Source: a virus
Lineage: Duplodnaviria; Caudoviricetes
Reading direction: 5' to 3' (one strand)
Length of the DNA stretch: 33,108 bases
Virus record (IMG/VR): IMGVR_UViG_3300048851_000172
Span: 1 to 33,108 of that record
Made by a program: the position numbers and the translations under genes. The notes beneath the pieces are model-generated. The model saw nothing but the letters and a program-made list of their open reading frames with translations, ran no database searches and was not told where the DNA came from. Below, in pieces: positions 1-8,673 of the stretch; position 1 is the first letter of the stretch; each line of letters opens with the position of its first letter.

Positions 1-174
1 GCGCGCGACGCCTGGATCAACTGGCCGGCCAAGGTGGGACCGCTGCTGGCGGCTGACCTGAACCTGGAGGCGGCCACCGTGGTCGAGGCGCTGACCCCGT
101 ATGTCCAACAGCAGCTTGAAGAGCTTGGGGAGCCCCAGCCCGACTTCAGCCCCAAAGTCCTCCCCAAAGACTGA
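1..174 (+). CDS. Terminase small subunit, C-terminal part (5' truncated by window)
   Basis: Frame 1 reads ARDAWINWPAKVGPLLAADLNLEAATVVEALTPYVQQQLEELGEPQPDFSPKVLPKD* (TGA 172-174) and overlaps the start of the large terminase; not in the ORF track because it has no start. Confidence 0.75.
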   Translation, partial: ARDAWINWPAKVGPLLAADLNLEAATVVEALTPYVQQQLEELGEPQPDFSPKVLPKD

Positions 175-2242
175 GCGGCTCTATCTCTCCGCCCGGCGTG
201 GCTGGACCCCGCCACCCCGCATCAGCGTGCCCGAATGGGCCGACAATTTCCGCAAGCTGGCTAAGGAAGCCGGCAGTACCTCCGGCGACTGGCGCACGGG
301 CACCGTCGAGGTGGCGCGCGGGCCGATGATGGCGGTGACCGAGCCAGGTGTGCATGTCATCACGGCGATGGTCGCCACCCAGCTGCTGAAGACCGCGCTG
401 CTGGAGAACGTCTTCGGCTACTTCGCCCATCTCGATCCCTGCCCGATGCTGCTGTTGCAGCCGAAGGAGGCCGCGGCCGAGCAGTTCTCCAAAGAGCGCA
501 TCACGCCGATGGTGCGCGCGACCCCGGTACTAAAGAAGCTGATTGGCACCGCCAAGACGCGCAACGCCGACGAGACCATCCTGTTCAAGAGCTTCCCCGG
601 CGGCTTCCTGGCGCTGGCCGGCGCCGGCAGCCCGGACAACCTGGCGCGCCGGCCGATCCGCGTGCTGCTCTGCGACGAGGTCGACAAATACCCGGTCACC
701 CGGGAGGGCGATCCGATCACGCTAGCCGAGGAGCGCACGGCGACCTTCGGGGTGAACTGGCTGTCGCTGCGGGTCTGCTCGCCAACCGTCGAGGACGAAA
801 GCCGCATCGACGGCAGCTACAAGGAATCCGATCAGCGCCGCGCTTCGGTGGTCTGCCCGCATTGCCAGCACCGGCAGTTCCTCGACTTCTTCAAGCATGT
901 GCAGTGGGAGAAGGACGCCCACGGCACCCACAAGGCCGAGACAGCGCGGATCTATTGCGAGAGCTGCGGCGCCGCGTGGTCAGAAGGCGAGCGTCTGCGG
1001 GCACTGGCCACGACTCGCCACCACCAGACCCGCCCCTTCTTCTGCTGCGACGAGCTGCAGATGCCGCTGGAGGCTTACGAGCGCAGCTGGCGCGGCCTCG
1101 AGACCGACACGGCGCTGCCCGATCCGGTGCTGCAGATCTGGGACTGGTGGTTCGGCCCGCGCCACGCGGTCTACCGGGCCAAGTGCCGGCACTGCCTCCG
1201 CTGGGCGGTGCCCAACCACCACGCCGGCTTCCAGGCCGGCAAGTTGTTCAGCCCCTGGCAGAAGGACCGGCCGGCCGACCAGGCGGCCAAATGGCTGGCA
1301 GCCCAGGGCGAGGAGGGCAAGAAGCAGGCCTGGTGGAATACCCAGGCCGGGCTGCCCTACCGCGCCCATGGCGGCAAGGTGCTGGTGCTGGAGCGGCTGG
1401 CGCAGCGCGGCGAGCGCTGGGCGGCCGAAGTGCCGCACGGGGTCGCCGTGCTCACCGTCGGCGCCGACGTGCAGCCCGATCGCGTCGAGCTGGAGGTCGT
1501 GGGTTGGGGGCGCAACGAGGAAAGCTGGTCGATCGCCTATGTGGTGTTCGAGGGTGACGCCAATACCGACGAAGTCTGGGACCAGGTTGACGCCTACCTG
1601 AAGCGCACCTTCTACCGCGACGATGGCAAGCCGTTTGTCATCTCCGGCACCTGCATCGATACCGGCGGCGCCAATACGCAGAAGGTCTACGAGTTCTGCA
1701 AGGCGCGGCTCGGCCGCAAGATCTGGGGCATCAAAGGCGAGAGCGCGCAGAACGGCATGCGCAACCCGGTCTGGCCGACGAAGCGTCCGCTGTCGCGCAC
1801 CAAGGCCACCTATCGGCCCATCGTCATCGGCGTGAACAGCGCCAAGGACGTGGTGCGCGCTCGCCTGGCGATCGAGGCGGCCGGCCCTGGCTATATGCAT
1901 GTCGATACCGACCGCGACATCAACTGGTACAGCCAGCTGCTAGCCGAACGGCTCGACACGCGCGAAACCGCCGGCCGGAAATACAAGGTGTGGGTGCCGC
2001 TGCTGGGCCGCCGCAATGAAGCGCTCGACTGCCGCGTCTATGCCTACGCTGCGCTCTGCGGGCTGGCCCATATGGGCCTGCAGCTGAACCGCCGCGCCGA
2101 TGATATTGCGCAGCCCTACCTCGCCACACCCGACGATCTGCGAGCGCTGAGCGAGATCCACGTCACGCCCCCGCCCATGCCGGCACCTGCCGCCATAGCG
2201 GCCGCCAGCAAGCCCCAACGCCGGTCGCGCTGGGCCACCTGA
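101..2242 (+). CDS. Phage terminase large subunit, lambda GpA family
   Basis: Motifs LLCDEVDKYP (Walker B), LAEERTATF, SPT, CPHC, LTVGADVQ, IDTGG, RNEALDCRVYA; exact start uncertain. Confidence 0.95.
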   Translation: MSNSSLKSLGSPSPTSAPKSSPKTERLYLSARRGWTPPPRISVPEWADNFRKLAKEAGSTSGDWRTGTVEVARGPMMAVTEPGVHVITAMVATQLLKTALLENVFGYFAHLDPCPMLLLQPKEAAAEQFSKERITPMVRATPVLKKLIGTAKTRNADETILFKSFPGGFLALAGAGSPDNLARRPIRVLLCDEVDKYPVTREGDPITLAEERTATFGVNWLSLRVCSPTVEDESRIDGSYKESDQRRASVVCPHCQHRQFLDFFKHVQWEKDAHGTHKAETARIYCESCGAAWSEGERLRALATTRHHQTRPFFCCDELQMPLEAYERSWRGLETDTALPDPVLQIWDWWFGPRHAVYRAKCRHCLRWAVPNHHAGFQAGKLFSPWQKDRPADQAAKWLAAQGEEGKKQAWWNTQAGLPYRAHGGKVLVLERLAQRGERWAAEVPHGVAVLTVGADVQPDRVELEVVGWGRNEESWSIAYVVFEGDANTDEVWDQVDAYLKRTFYRDDGKPFVISGTCIDTGGANTQKVYEFCKARLGRKIWGIKGESAQNGMRNPVWPTKRPLSRTKATYRPIVIGVNSAKDVVRARLAIEAAGPGYMHVDTDRDINWYSQLLAERLDTRETAGRKYKVWVPLLGRRNEALDCRVYAYAALCGLAHMGLQLNRRADDIAQPYLATPDDLRALSEIHVTPPPMPAPAAIAAASKPQRRSRWAT

Positions 2243-2249
2243 GGACATC

Positions 2250-2504
2250 ATGTCGGGAACCATCCAAAGCGGCACCTTCGCGGGCATGCTGCCGGCGCAG
2301 CTGGCCGCACAGCGGAGCAAGCTGCAGGAAGTCCTGCTGTCGCTGGCGGCCGGCGAGAAGGCGGTGACCGTGGCTTATGCCCAGGGCACCGGCTCGCGCT
2401 CCGTCACCTTCACGCCGGCGGATGAGAACCGCATTCGCGGGCTGATCCGTCAGATGAACAGTGCCCTCGGCGTTCGCCGTTCTGCGATCAGCGTGGTGTT
2501 CTGA
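2250..2504 (+). CDS. gpW-like head-to-tail joining protein
   Basis: 84 aa between terminase and portal; GEKAVTVAY...RSVTFTPAD pattern; GAGGA RBS. Confidence 0.8.
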   Translation: MSGTIQSGTFAGMLPAQLAAQRSKLQEVLLSLAAGEKAVTVAYAQGTGSRSVTFTPADENRIRGLIRQMNSALGVRRSAISVVF

Positions 2505-4174
2505 TGGGGCATCGCCAGCGCCGCCAGCAGCGGCAAAAGGCGGCCGTCGCACCGGCCGCCGGCACCAAGGCGTCGGTCCCCGCCCGGCCGCGCATGGGCC
2601 ACAATGGTGGCCCCGGCGGCATGGCCGGCGCCTTCGCTTACGACGCCGCCAATATGTTCGGCCAGGAGACAGCCGAGTGGCAGCCGTGGCTGCGCTCGCC
2701 GGATGGCGAGATCAATGGCGACCGCGACCGCATGGTCGCGCGCAACCGCGATATCGTCCGCAACGATGGCTGGGCCGCCGGTGGCATCACCCGCATCCTC
2801 GACAGCGCCATCGGCAGCCAGTTCCGCCTGGTCGCCAAGCCGGACTACCGGGCCTTGCGGGCTGAGGCGCCCCGCGTCTCTTTCGATGCCGTCTGGGCCG
2901 ATGAATATGGCCGCGCGGTCGAGGCGGAATGGCGCATGTATGCCGATGATGTCGGCAAGCATTGCGATGCCGCCCGGCAGATGACCATGACGCAGATGTT
3001 CTGGACCGCCCTGCGCCACAAGCTGGTGGATGGTGATGCGCTGGCGGCGCTGCTGTGGACACCGGAACGGGTCGGCGAGGGCGGCGCGCGCTATTCGACC
3101 AGCGTGCAGCTGCTCGATCCCGACCGTCTGTCCAACCCGCAGCAGCAGATGGACAGCGACGACCTGCGCGGCGGCTGCCATGTGGACGATCTGGGCGCCA
3201 CGGTCGGCTACCATATCCGCCAGGCACATCAGGGCGATTGGTTCGGCGCGATCCAGAGCCAGATCTGGGATTACTTCCCGCGCGAGACACCTTGGGGCCG
3301 GCCGCTCATCGTGCACGACTTCGATGTCGAGCGGCGCGGCCAGCACCGGGGCATTGGCATCCTGACCCCGATCCTGGGGGCGATGCGCATGCTCTCGGGC
3401 TATGACAAGGCTGAGCTGCAGCAGGCTCTGCTGCAGACCATCTTTGCCAATTTCATCCAGTCGCCCTTCGATCCGGAGGATGTGCAGAGCGCGATGAACG
3501 ATGGCGATCTGACCGAATACCAGAAGCTGCGCGAGGGTCATCACGAGCGGAACCCGCTCAGCCTGAACGGCGCGCGCATCCCTATTCTGGCACCGGGCGA
3601 AGAGATCAAGTCGGTGACCGCCACGCGGCCGAATAGCGGCTTTGAGGCGTTCCAGGGCGCGGTGCTGCGGCGTTTCGCAGCGGCGACCGGCCAGTCAGCC
3701 GAGCAGCTCTCCTGGGATTACAGCAAGACCAATTACAGCAGCGCCCGCGCGGCGATGCTGGAAGCTTGGAAGACGCTGATCCGCCGGCGTGACAATTTTG
3801 CGGTGGGGTTCGCCAATCCGATCTATGGCGCATTCCTGGAAGAAGCCATCGATCGCAAGCGGGTGCCGCTGCCACGCGGCGCGCCGTCCTACCTCGCCAT
3901 GCGCACCGCCTACATGAAATGCCGCTGGATCGGCCCGGCGCGCGGCTGGGTGGATCCCGTGGCCGAACGCCAGGGTGCTGTGCTCGGCATGGAAGCCGGC
4001 TTCAACACGCTCGAGAACGAGTCTGCTGAACAGGGTTTCGATTACGAAGAAAACCTCGATCAGCGTCAGGTCGAGATCCGCATGATGAAGGAACGCGGCC
4101 TGCCGCTGCCGCAATGGGCCATGGGCTCGCCGCTCTACCAGAACCAGCCATCAAATCAGGATAAGAAATCTTGA
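2504..4174 (+). CDS. Phage portal protein, lambda family
   Basis: ARNRDIVRNDGWAAG, GQHRG, DYSKTNYSSARAAMLE, WIGPARGWVDPVAE motifs; position. Confidence 0.95.
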   Translation: MGHRQRRQQRQKAAVAPAAGTKASVPARPRMGHNGGPGGMAGAFAYDAANMFGQETAEWQPWLRSPDGEINGDRDRMVARNRDIVRNDGWAAGGITRILDSAIGSQFRLVAKPDYRALRAEAPRVSFDAVWADEYGRAVEAEWRMYADDVGKHCDAARQMTMTQMFWTALRHKLVDGDALAALLWTPERVGEGGARYSTSVQLLDPDRLSNPQQQMDSDDLRGGCHVDDLGATVGYHIRQAHQGDWFGAIQSQIWDYFPRETPWGRPLIVHDFDVERRGQHRGIGILTPILGAMRMLSGYDKAELQQALLQTIFANFIQSPFDPEDVQSAMNDGDLTEYQKLREGHHERNPLSLNGARIPILAPGEEIKSVTATRPNSGFEAFQGAVLRRFAAATGQSAEQLSWDYSKTNYSSARAAMLEAWKTLIRRRDNFAVGFANPIYGAFLEEAIDRKRVPLPRGAPSYLAMRTAYMKCRWIGPARGWVDPVAERQGAVLGMEAGFNTLENESAEQGFDYEENLDQRQVEIRMMKERGLPLPQWAMGSPLYQNQPSNQDKKS

Positions 4175-4198
4175 AGCTTCGCGACATCCGATCCGATG

Positions 4199-4759
4199 TC
4201 ATGCAGGCTTCAGCTTCAGCCCTAACTCCGCTTCACGCACCGTATGAAAACGCATCCGATCGCCGGACTCTTTGTTGGTGAAGCTGACGCCAGAAAGGCC
4301 ACTGCTCACTTTCCAACCCCGGCTTTCGGCCTCCAATGTGAGCAGGCGCCAACCTTCGGGGCCTTCAGGAAATCTTGCCACAAAGATCTCAGGCTCAGGC
4401 GAAGGCTCTGCACCTGCGACACTCAACTTTTCAGGCGCTGTTCTCTCCAAAGCGTTAAGGCCAGTGCTTTGATTGCGCAGCAGTCTCACCATCACACGAG
4501 TCTGTTCTTGGATATCGAAGATTGCTGCTGCGACACCGAAAGAAACGCTCGAAAAAATAAGGCCTAAGGCGGCTCCGAGGGCGAAACCTATGAGGCGTGG
4601 CGCCCCCATCTCCTGGCTTATTGCGAGCCCAATGATGCCGCCGACGACCACTGTGAGTGCAACGCCTATTGCCATCGTAGCGCGCGCTACGGAAATCAAC
4701 ACCTGAAGCATGTGCACCCGCGTTTGAAATAAAGCTCCGATCGTAACATTCAGGCCCAT
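4199..4759 (-). CDS. Moron: hypothetical membrane protein with two N-terminal TM segments
   Basis: Reverse orientation, lower GC; hydrophobic stretches TMAIGVALTVVVGGIIGLAI and LIGFALGAALGLIFSSVSFGVAAAIF; start may be the ATG at 4711. Confidence 0.7.
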   Translation of the reverse strand: MGLNVTIGALFQTRVHMLQVLISVARATMAIGVALTVVVGGIIGLAISQEMGAPRLIGFALGAALGLIFSSVSFGVAAAIFDIQEQTRVMVRLLRNQSTGLNALERTAPEKLSVAGAEPSPEPEIFVARFPEGPEGWRLLTLEAESRGWKVSSGLSGVSFTNKESGDRMRFHTVREAELGLKLKPA

Positions 4760-4838
4760 TTGAGGCTAGGCCACGACTTGAGAGCCTGGCTAAAGGCGAC
4801 GCCCAAGCCCGACTACGACGGCACCTGAAAGGTACCGC

Positions 4839-5720
4839 ATGACGCATTTTCCCCATCTGGCGCAGCGCCTGTTCAACACGCCGATCGCCATCCATCCGGC
4901 CAAGGCGGAGGTGGTGATGGCGGCGCTGGCCGACCGCCTGGGCATCAGCCAGATGTTTCGGGGCGGCGAGCTGCTGGCGCTGACGCCGCGCGCCGTGGAG
5001 GACGATGAGATCGGCGGCTCCACCTTCCGCCGGCCGGCGGAGGAGCGGCCCTACCAGGTGGTCGAGGGCGTCGCGCTGATCCCGGTCAGCGGCACGCTGG
5101 TGCAAAAGCTCGGCACGTTGCAGCCCTATTCCGGCATGACCGGCTATGATGGCATCCGGCTGAACCTGCTGGCCGCCATGGACGATGCGTCGGTCCAGGC
5201 TATCGTGCTGCTGATCGACAGTCCGGGCGGCGAGGTCGCCGGCTGCTTCGATCTGACCGACCTGATCTTCCGGATGCGCGGCGAGAAGCCACTGCACGCC
5301 ATCCTGGACGAGAACGCCTACTCGGCCGCCTACGCCATCGCCAGCGCCTGCGACCGCATCACCGTGCCTCGCACCGGTGGCACGGGCAGCGTCGGCGTCA
5401 TCGGCATGCATTGCGACTTCTCCAAAGCGCTGGGCAGTGCCGGGGTGACGGTGACCGTCATCCGCTACGGCGAGCTGAAGGCGGAGGGGAACGAATACGA
5501 GCCCCTGACCAAAGCCGCCCTCGGCCGCATGCAGGCCGATATCGACGATATGGGCGAGCTGTTCATCGAGACCGTGGCGCGCAACCGAGGCCTGAAGGCC
5601 TCTGTCGTGCGCGCCACCCAGGCCGGCACCTTCCTCGGCGGCGCCGGCGTGACGATCGGCTTCGCCGACAAGGTGCGCGCGCCGGATGCCGCGCTGGCGG
5701 ATCTGTTCCGCCTGCTCTGA
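4839..5720 (+). CDS. S49 family (SppA-like, lambda gpC-type) prohead protease
   Basis: IDSPGGEV, AYSAAYAIASACD, GTGSVGVI motifs; between portal and head genes. Confidence 0.93.
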   Translation: MTHFPHLAQRLFNTPIAIHPAKAEVVMAALADRLGISQMFRGGELLALTPRAVEDDEIGGSTFRRPAEERPYQVVEGVALIPVSGTLVQKLGTLQPYSGMTGYDGIRLNLLAAMDDASVQAIVLLIDSPGGEVAGCFDLTDLIFRMRGEKPLHAILDENAYSAAYAIASACDRITVPRTGGTGSVGVIGMHCDFSKALGSAGVTVTVIRYGELKAEGNEYEPLTKAALGRMQADIDDMGELFIETVARNRGLKASVVRATQAGTFLGGAGVTIGFADKVRAPDAALADLFRLL

Positions 5721-5759
5721 TACCGCTCTGCCGGCACCCCTTTCTTCATGAGGTTCCCT

Positions 5760-6446
5760 ATGTCCCGACCCACCCTGGCTTCGGTGCTTGGCTTCTCGCA
5801 TCTGCTCGGCCGCCCCAGTGGCGGCAAGCCCAAGGGCAGCCGCGCCAGCGAGCCCGACGACGAGCAGGATGACGACAAGCCGAAAGGCCGTCGCGCCGAG
5901 AACGATGACGACCAGGACGACGACAAGGCCAAGGGCCGTCGTGCTGAGAACGACGATGACGACCAGGACGACAAGCCCAAGGGTCGCCGTGCCGAGAATG
6001 ACGACGACGATAAGCCAAAGGACCGGCGCGCCGAGAACGATGATGACGGCGACGAGGACGACAAGGCCAAGGGCCGTCGCACCGCCGCCGAGGAAGACGA
6101 CGACGAAGAGCAGGACGACAAGGACGACCGGGACCCCAAGGCCCGCGCCGCCCGCGATCGCGAGCGCACCCGCTGCGCCGCCATCTTCGGCTCACGCCAC
6201 GCCGCCGGCCGCGTCGCTTCTGCCGCCCAGCTTGCCTTCGCCACGCGGATGTCGGCGAAGCAGGCCATTGGCATGCTGAAGACTCTGCCCACGGAACAGG
6301 CCGCGGCCAGTGGCCTGGGCGCCCGCATGGAGGGGCTGGGCACGCCACGCCCCGCGGCCTCCGCACCGCATCGCCTGAGCGGCCGCCAGGCGGTGACAAG
6401 TTCCTGGGATGCGGCCGCCACGCGCGCCGGCATCCGCAAGTCCTAA
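5760..6446 (+). CDS. Putative scaffolding protein with charged tandem repeats
   Basis: GAGG RBS before ATG 5760; sits where lambda Nu3 lies; acidic/basic repeats then a helical ERTRCAAIF...AAQLAF segment. Confidence 0.6.
   Translation: MSRPTLASVLGFSHLLGRPSGGKPKGSRASEPDDEQDDDKPKGRRAENDDDQDDDKAKGRRAENDDDDQDDKPKGRRAENDDDDKPKDRRAENDDDGDEDDKAKGRRTAAEEDDDEEQDDKDDRDPKARAARDRERTRCAAIFGSRHAAGRVASAAQLAFATRMSAKQAIGMLKTLPTEQAAASGLGARMEGLGTPRPAASAPHRLSGRQAVTSSWDAAATRAGIRKS
5826..6128 (+). repeat. About 6 imperfect in-frame tandem repeats encoding K(P/A)KGRRAEND(D)n
   Basis: Units: KPKGSRASEPDDEQDDD, KPKGRRAENDDDQDDD, KAKGRRAENDDDDQDD, KPKGRRAENDDDD, KPKDRRAENDDDGDEDD, KAKGRRTAAEEDDD. Confidence 0.9.
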
Positions 6447-6473
6447 TCAACCCCAGGAAGGAGGCACGACCCT

Positions 6474-6860
6474 ATGGTCAGTCCCGTTCTCAACGAAAAC
6501 TACTATGCCGGCGCCTTCCTGGTCAGCCAGGCCAATGGAACCCGCTCGCGCGACAGCGGCATCATCAAGAATACCGGCGGCAGCGACCTAGTGCTGCAGG
6601 GCGGCACGGTGCTCGGCCTGCTGACCGCCGATGGCAGCTACTTCCCGTATGACAATGTCGGCTCGGATGGCAGCGAGGTCGCCAGTGCCATCCTCTACGC
6701 GCCGATAGTGGTGCCTGCTGGTGGCCAGAAAAGGGTGACCCTGGTCACCCGGCACGTCGAGGTGAATGCCTCCGAGCTGCGCTGGGATGCTAGCGTCGAC
6801 GCCGCCGGCATCACCGCCGGGCTGGCCGACCTGCTGACCAAAGGCATCGTTGCCCGCTAA
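6474..6860 (+). CDS. Head decoration protein (lambda gpD/HDPD-like)
   Basis: FLVSQANGTRSRD, GTVLG, DGSEVASAILY, EVNASEL, GIVAR motifs; GGAGG RBS. Confidence 0.88.
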   Translation: MVSPVLNENYYAGAFLVSQANGTRSRDSGIIKNTGGSDLVLQGGTVLGLLTADGSYFPYDNVGSDGSEVASAILYAPIVVPAGGQKRVTLVTRHVEVNASELRWDASVDAAGITAGLADLLTKGIVAR

Positions 6861-6893
6861 TCAATTGGTGATCGCTAAGACACAGAACCAAAT

Positions 6894-6916
6894 CTGATCC
6901 ATCGCAATAGGATCAG
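6894..6916. terminator. Hairpin at the convergent end of the moron gene
   Basis: CTGATCC-N9-GGATCAG inverted repeat, extendable with CCAAA/TTTGG, overlapping the stop codon at 6913-6915; no strong U-tract. Confidence 0.35.
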
Positions 6917-8428
6917 TTTGGCGAAATCGTCATGCGTCCATTCGTCGACGACCGCGGGTTGGGCGCAGTAAAATATGAATCTGGCGTGGTACGCAGCATC
7001 GTGCCCGGGCGTATGACGGTCACTGGAGGGCCACTAATAGAGCACCGAATACTCCTATCAAGCAAACAATCTCCTGGCTTAACAGTAATAGGATTATCCT
7101 TTCTTTCTGGTACAGTGACAGGGCCGGAAGCTGCGATTTGAAACGGTGCCAGAAAATTTTGCGCAATCCGATTATGAGTCACTGCACCCGGAAGCGGATC
7201 ACTCGGATTATCGATATAGTTGATGAGTGTTCCTGCATTGTAACTAAGCGTTTGCTCGACCCCAAACGCTAAAGGCCTGTCGAAGGTCTGCTTCAAAGAC
7301 AGGCCCCCATGTGAACCTGTTTGGATAGTGCTCGATACACCAGGCGTAGAATTATCTGCCAGACTCCTTAGCGTAGCAGCAGCAATATCAGCCGCCGCTT
7401 GCGCGTTGACCGGCGGTACTGTTGAACTAGATAAGGCTTGAGTACTTGAAGCCGACGTTGCTTTTTCTGTTGTAACAGCTAAAGCCGCTCTCAAGGTCGC
7501 TGCGAATGCATCGGACTGTGAGAAATCATAGTCAAATGCTCGGGCATAATATACTTTACTAATGAATACGATTTTAGGTGTTCCAAATTCTTGCTGCTCC
7601 GGCAAAAAACATCCTTGATCGGTAATCATTTGATCTTCATAAAAATTATTAAAGAATTTAATATTGTCGGCATTGATAATGCTAGAAGCTGCTCTATCAA
7701 CCAAAAAACTCTGAACAATTCGACGCATAACCGGCGCAGGAAGTCCTGCAGTTTCGACTTGGCTAACTGAAACATCGACCTGCTTTCCACGTTGCACAGC
7801 AGCACCAGCAGAAATAGATGTCCCACCAAACGGAACATTAGCTGCTAACCCCCCCCCCGGTAAAATCTGAGTAGGAAAAATTTGGGAAAGCAGCGATCGG
7901 GAATCTAATAAGGGGCCTTTGCGTGGCTGCAGTTGGGAATATCGGATGTGTTGCATCGGCAGTCGGCTGAGTTTGTACTGAAGCGGATGATCCAGGTGGA
8001 CTAGACGACGATCCTGGCGATTGAGCACTACCGATGGTTACGGTCGCCGTTCCAGGTGTAGATATTGATACCGAAGATGCAGCTGGAGAAGCATTGCCTC
8101 TGCCTGGAGCTGGCGCCTCGGCACGCTTTGATGTTGTCGGCAGTTCTGGCCGCTGACCGTAGTAAAGTCTCATAGCCCCACTGACGGTCGCTAGGGGGAC
8201 AGAACCTAAGAATACAGTTTGAGGTGATTTCGACTGCAATACTCCTTTGCAGGGATTCTCAACGTAAAGAAGAATGTCACCAGCAAATATATCCTCACGA
8301 GGTGGATACAGAGGGGTAATACCGAACTCTCTCACACTATCTCCCCACTGAGAACGAACATTGATGTTTGAAGCGCTGCTACAGGCGCTCAAAAGAGCCA
8401 ATGCCATCAGTATATTCGATGTGCGCAT
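6913..8428 (-). pseudogene. Moron: lipoprotein gene interrupted by a one-base frameshift in a G10 tract (504 aa if G9); possible gasdermin-like fold
   Basis: GAGGA RBS, ATG 8428, signal peptide MRTSNILMALALLSA-C. The frame stops just after the G-run (TGGGVSS*); removing one G gives TGGGLAANVPFGG..., continuing in the 6913..8028 frame. Confidence 0.8.
7849..7858 (-). repeat. Homopolymer C10 (+) / G10 (coding strand)
   Basis: gctaa-cccccccccc-ggtaa; longest homopolymer I saw in the window, exactly at the frame junction. Confidence 0.95.
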
Positions 8429-8471
8429 ATGCTCATCCTCAATGATATAGCTGGAGAAAGAGAACGTTTCA

Positions 8472-8500
8472 TTATTACATCGATCTTCCGATATGCTCAA
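8472..8500 (-). promoter_or_regulatory. Possible sigma70 promoter of the lipoprotein moron
   Basis: Minus strand TTGAGC-N17-TAATAA in AT-rich DNA upstream of ATG 8428. Confidence 0.35.
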
Positions 8501-8673
8501 GCAATATTCTTGCAGTAAAAAATTCTCGTTTGGGGGGAAGACCTGTAATTCTCAGAAGCCAATTCAATTTGGCGTTTTAGAAACCTCTAAATGTGAATGC
8601 CCTTTCGACCGCCTGGGCCCGGTCTGGTGCGCCGTGACGGCGCCCGTCACTCCCCTGCTGGAGCTTCCGCCCC

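Noticed and set aside
5826-6128. Regularly spaced repeats as a possible CRISPR array
   Set aside because: Repeats are degenerate, in-frame and protein-coding, without unique spacers or cas genes
6913-8028. 371-aa ORF as an independent gene starting at 8028
   Set aside because: Its first ~55 codons overlap the lipoprotein frame; it is better explained as the 3' part of the gene frameshifted at the G10 tract
8532-8537. G6 run upstream of the lipoprotein moron as a promoter-length switch
   Set aside because: Too short, and outside the spacer of the candidate promoter
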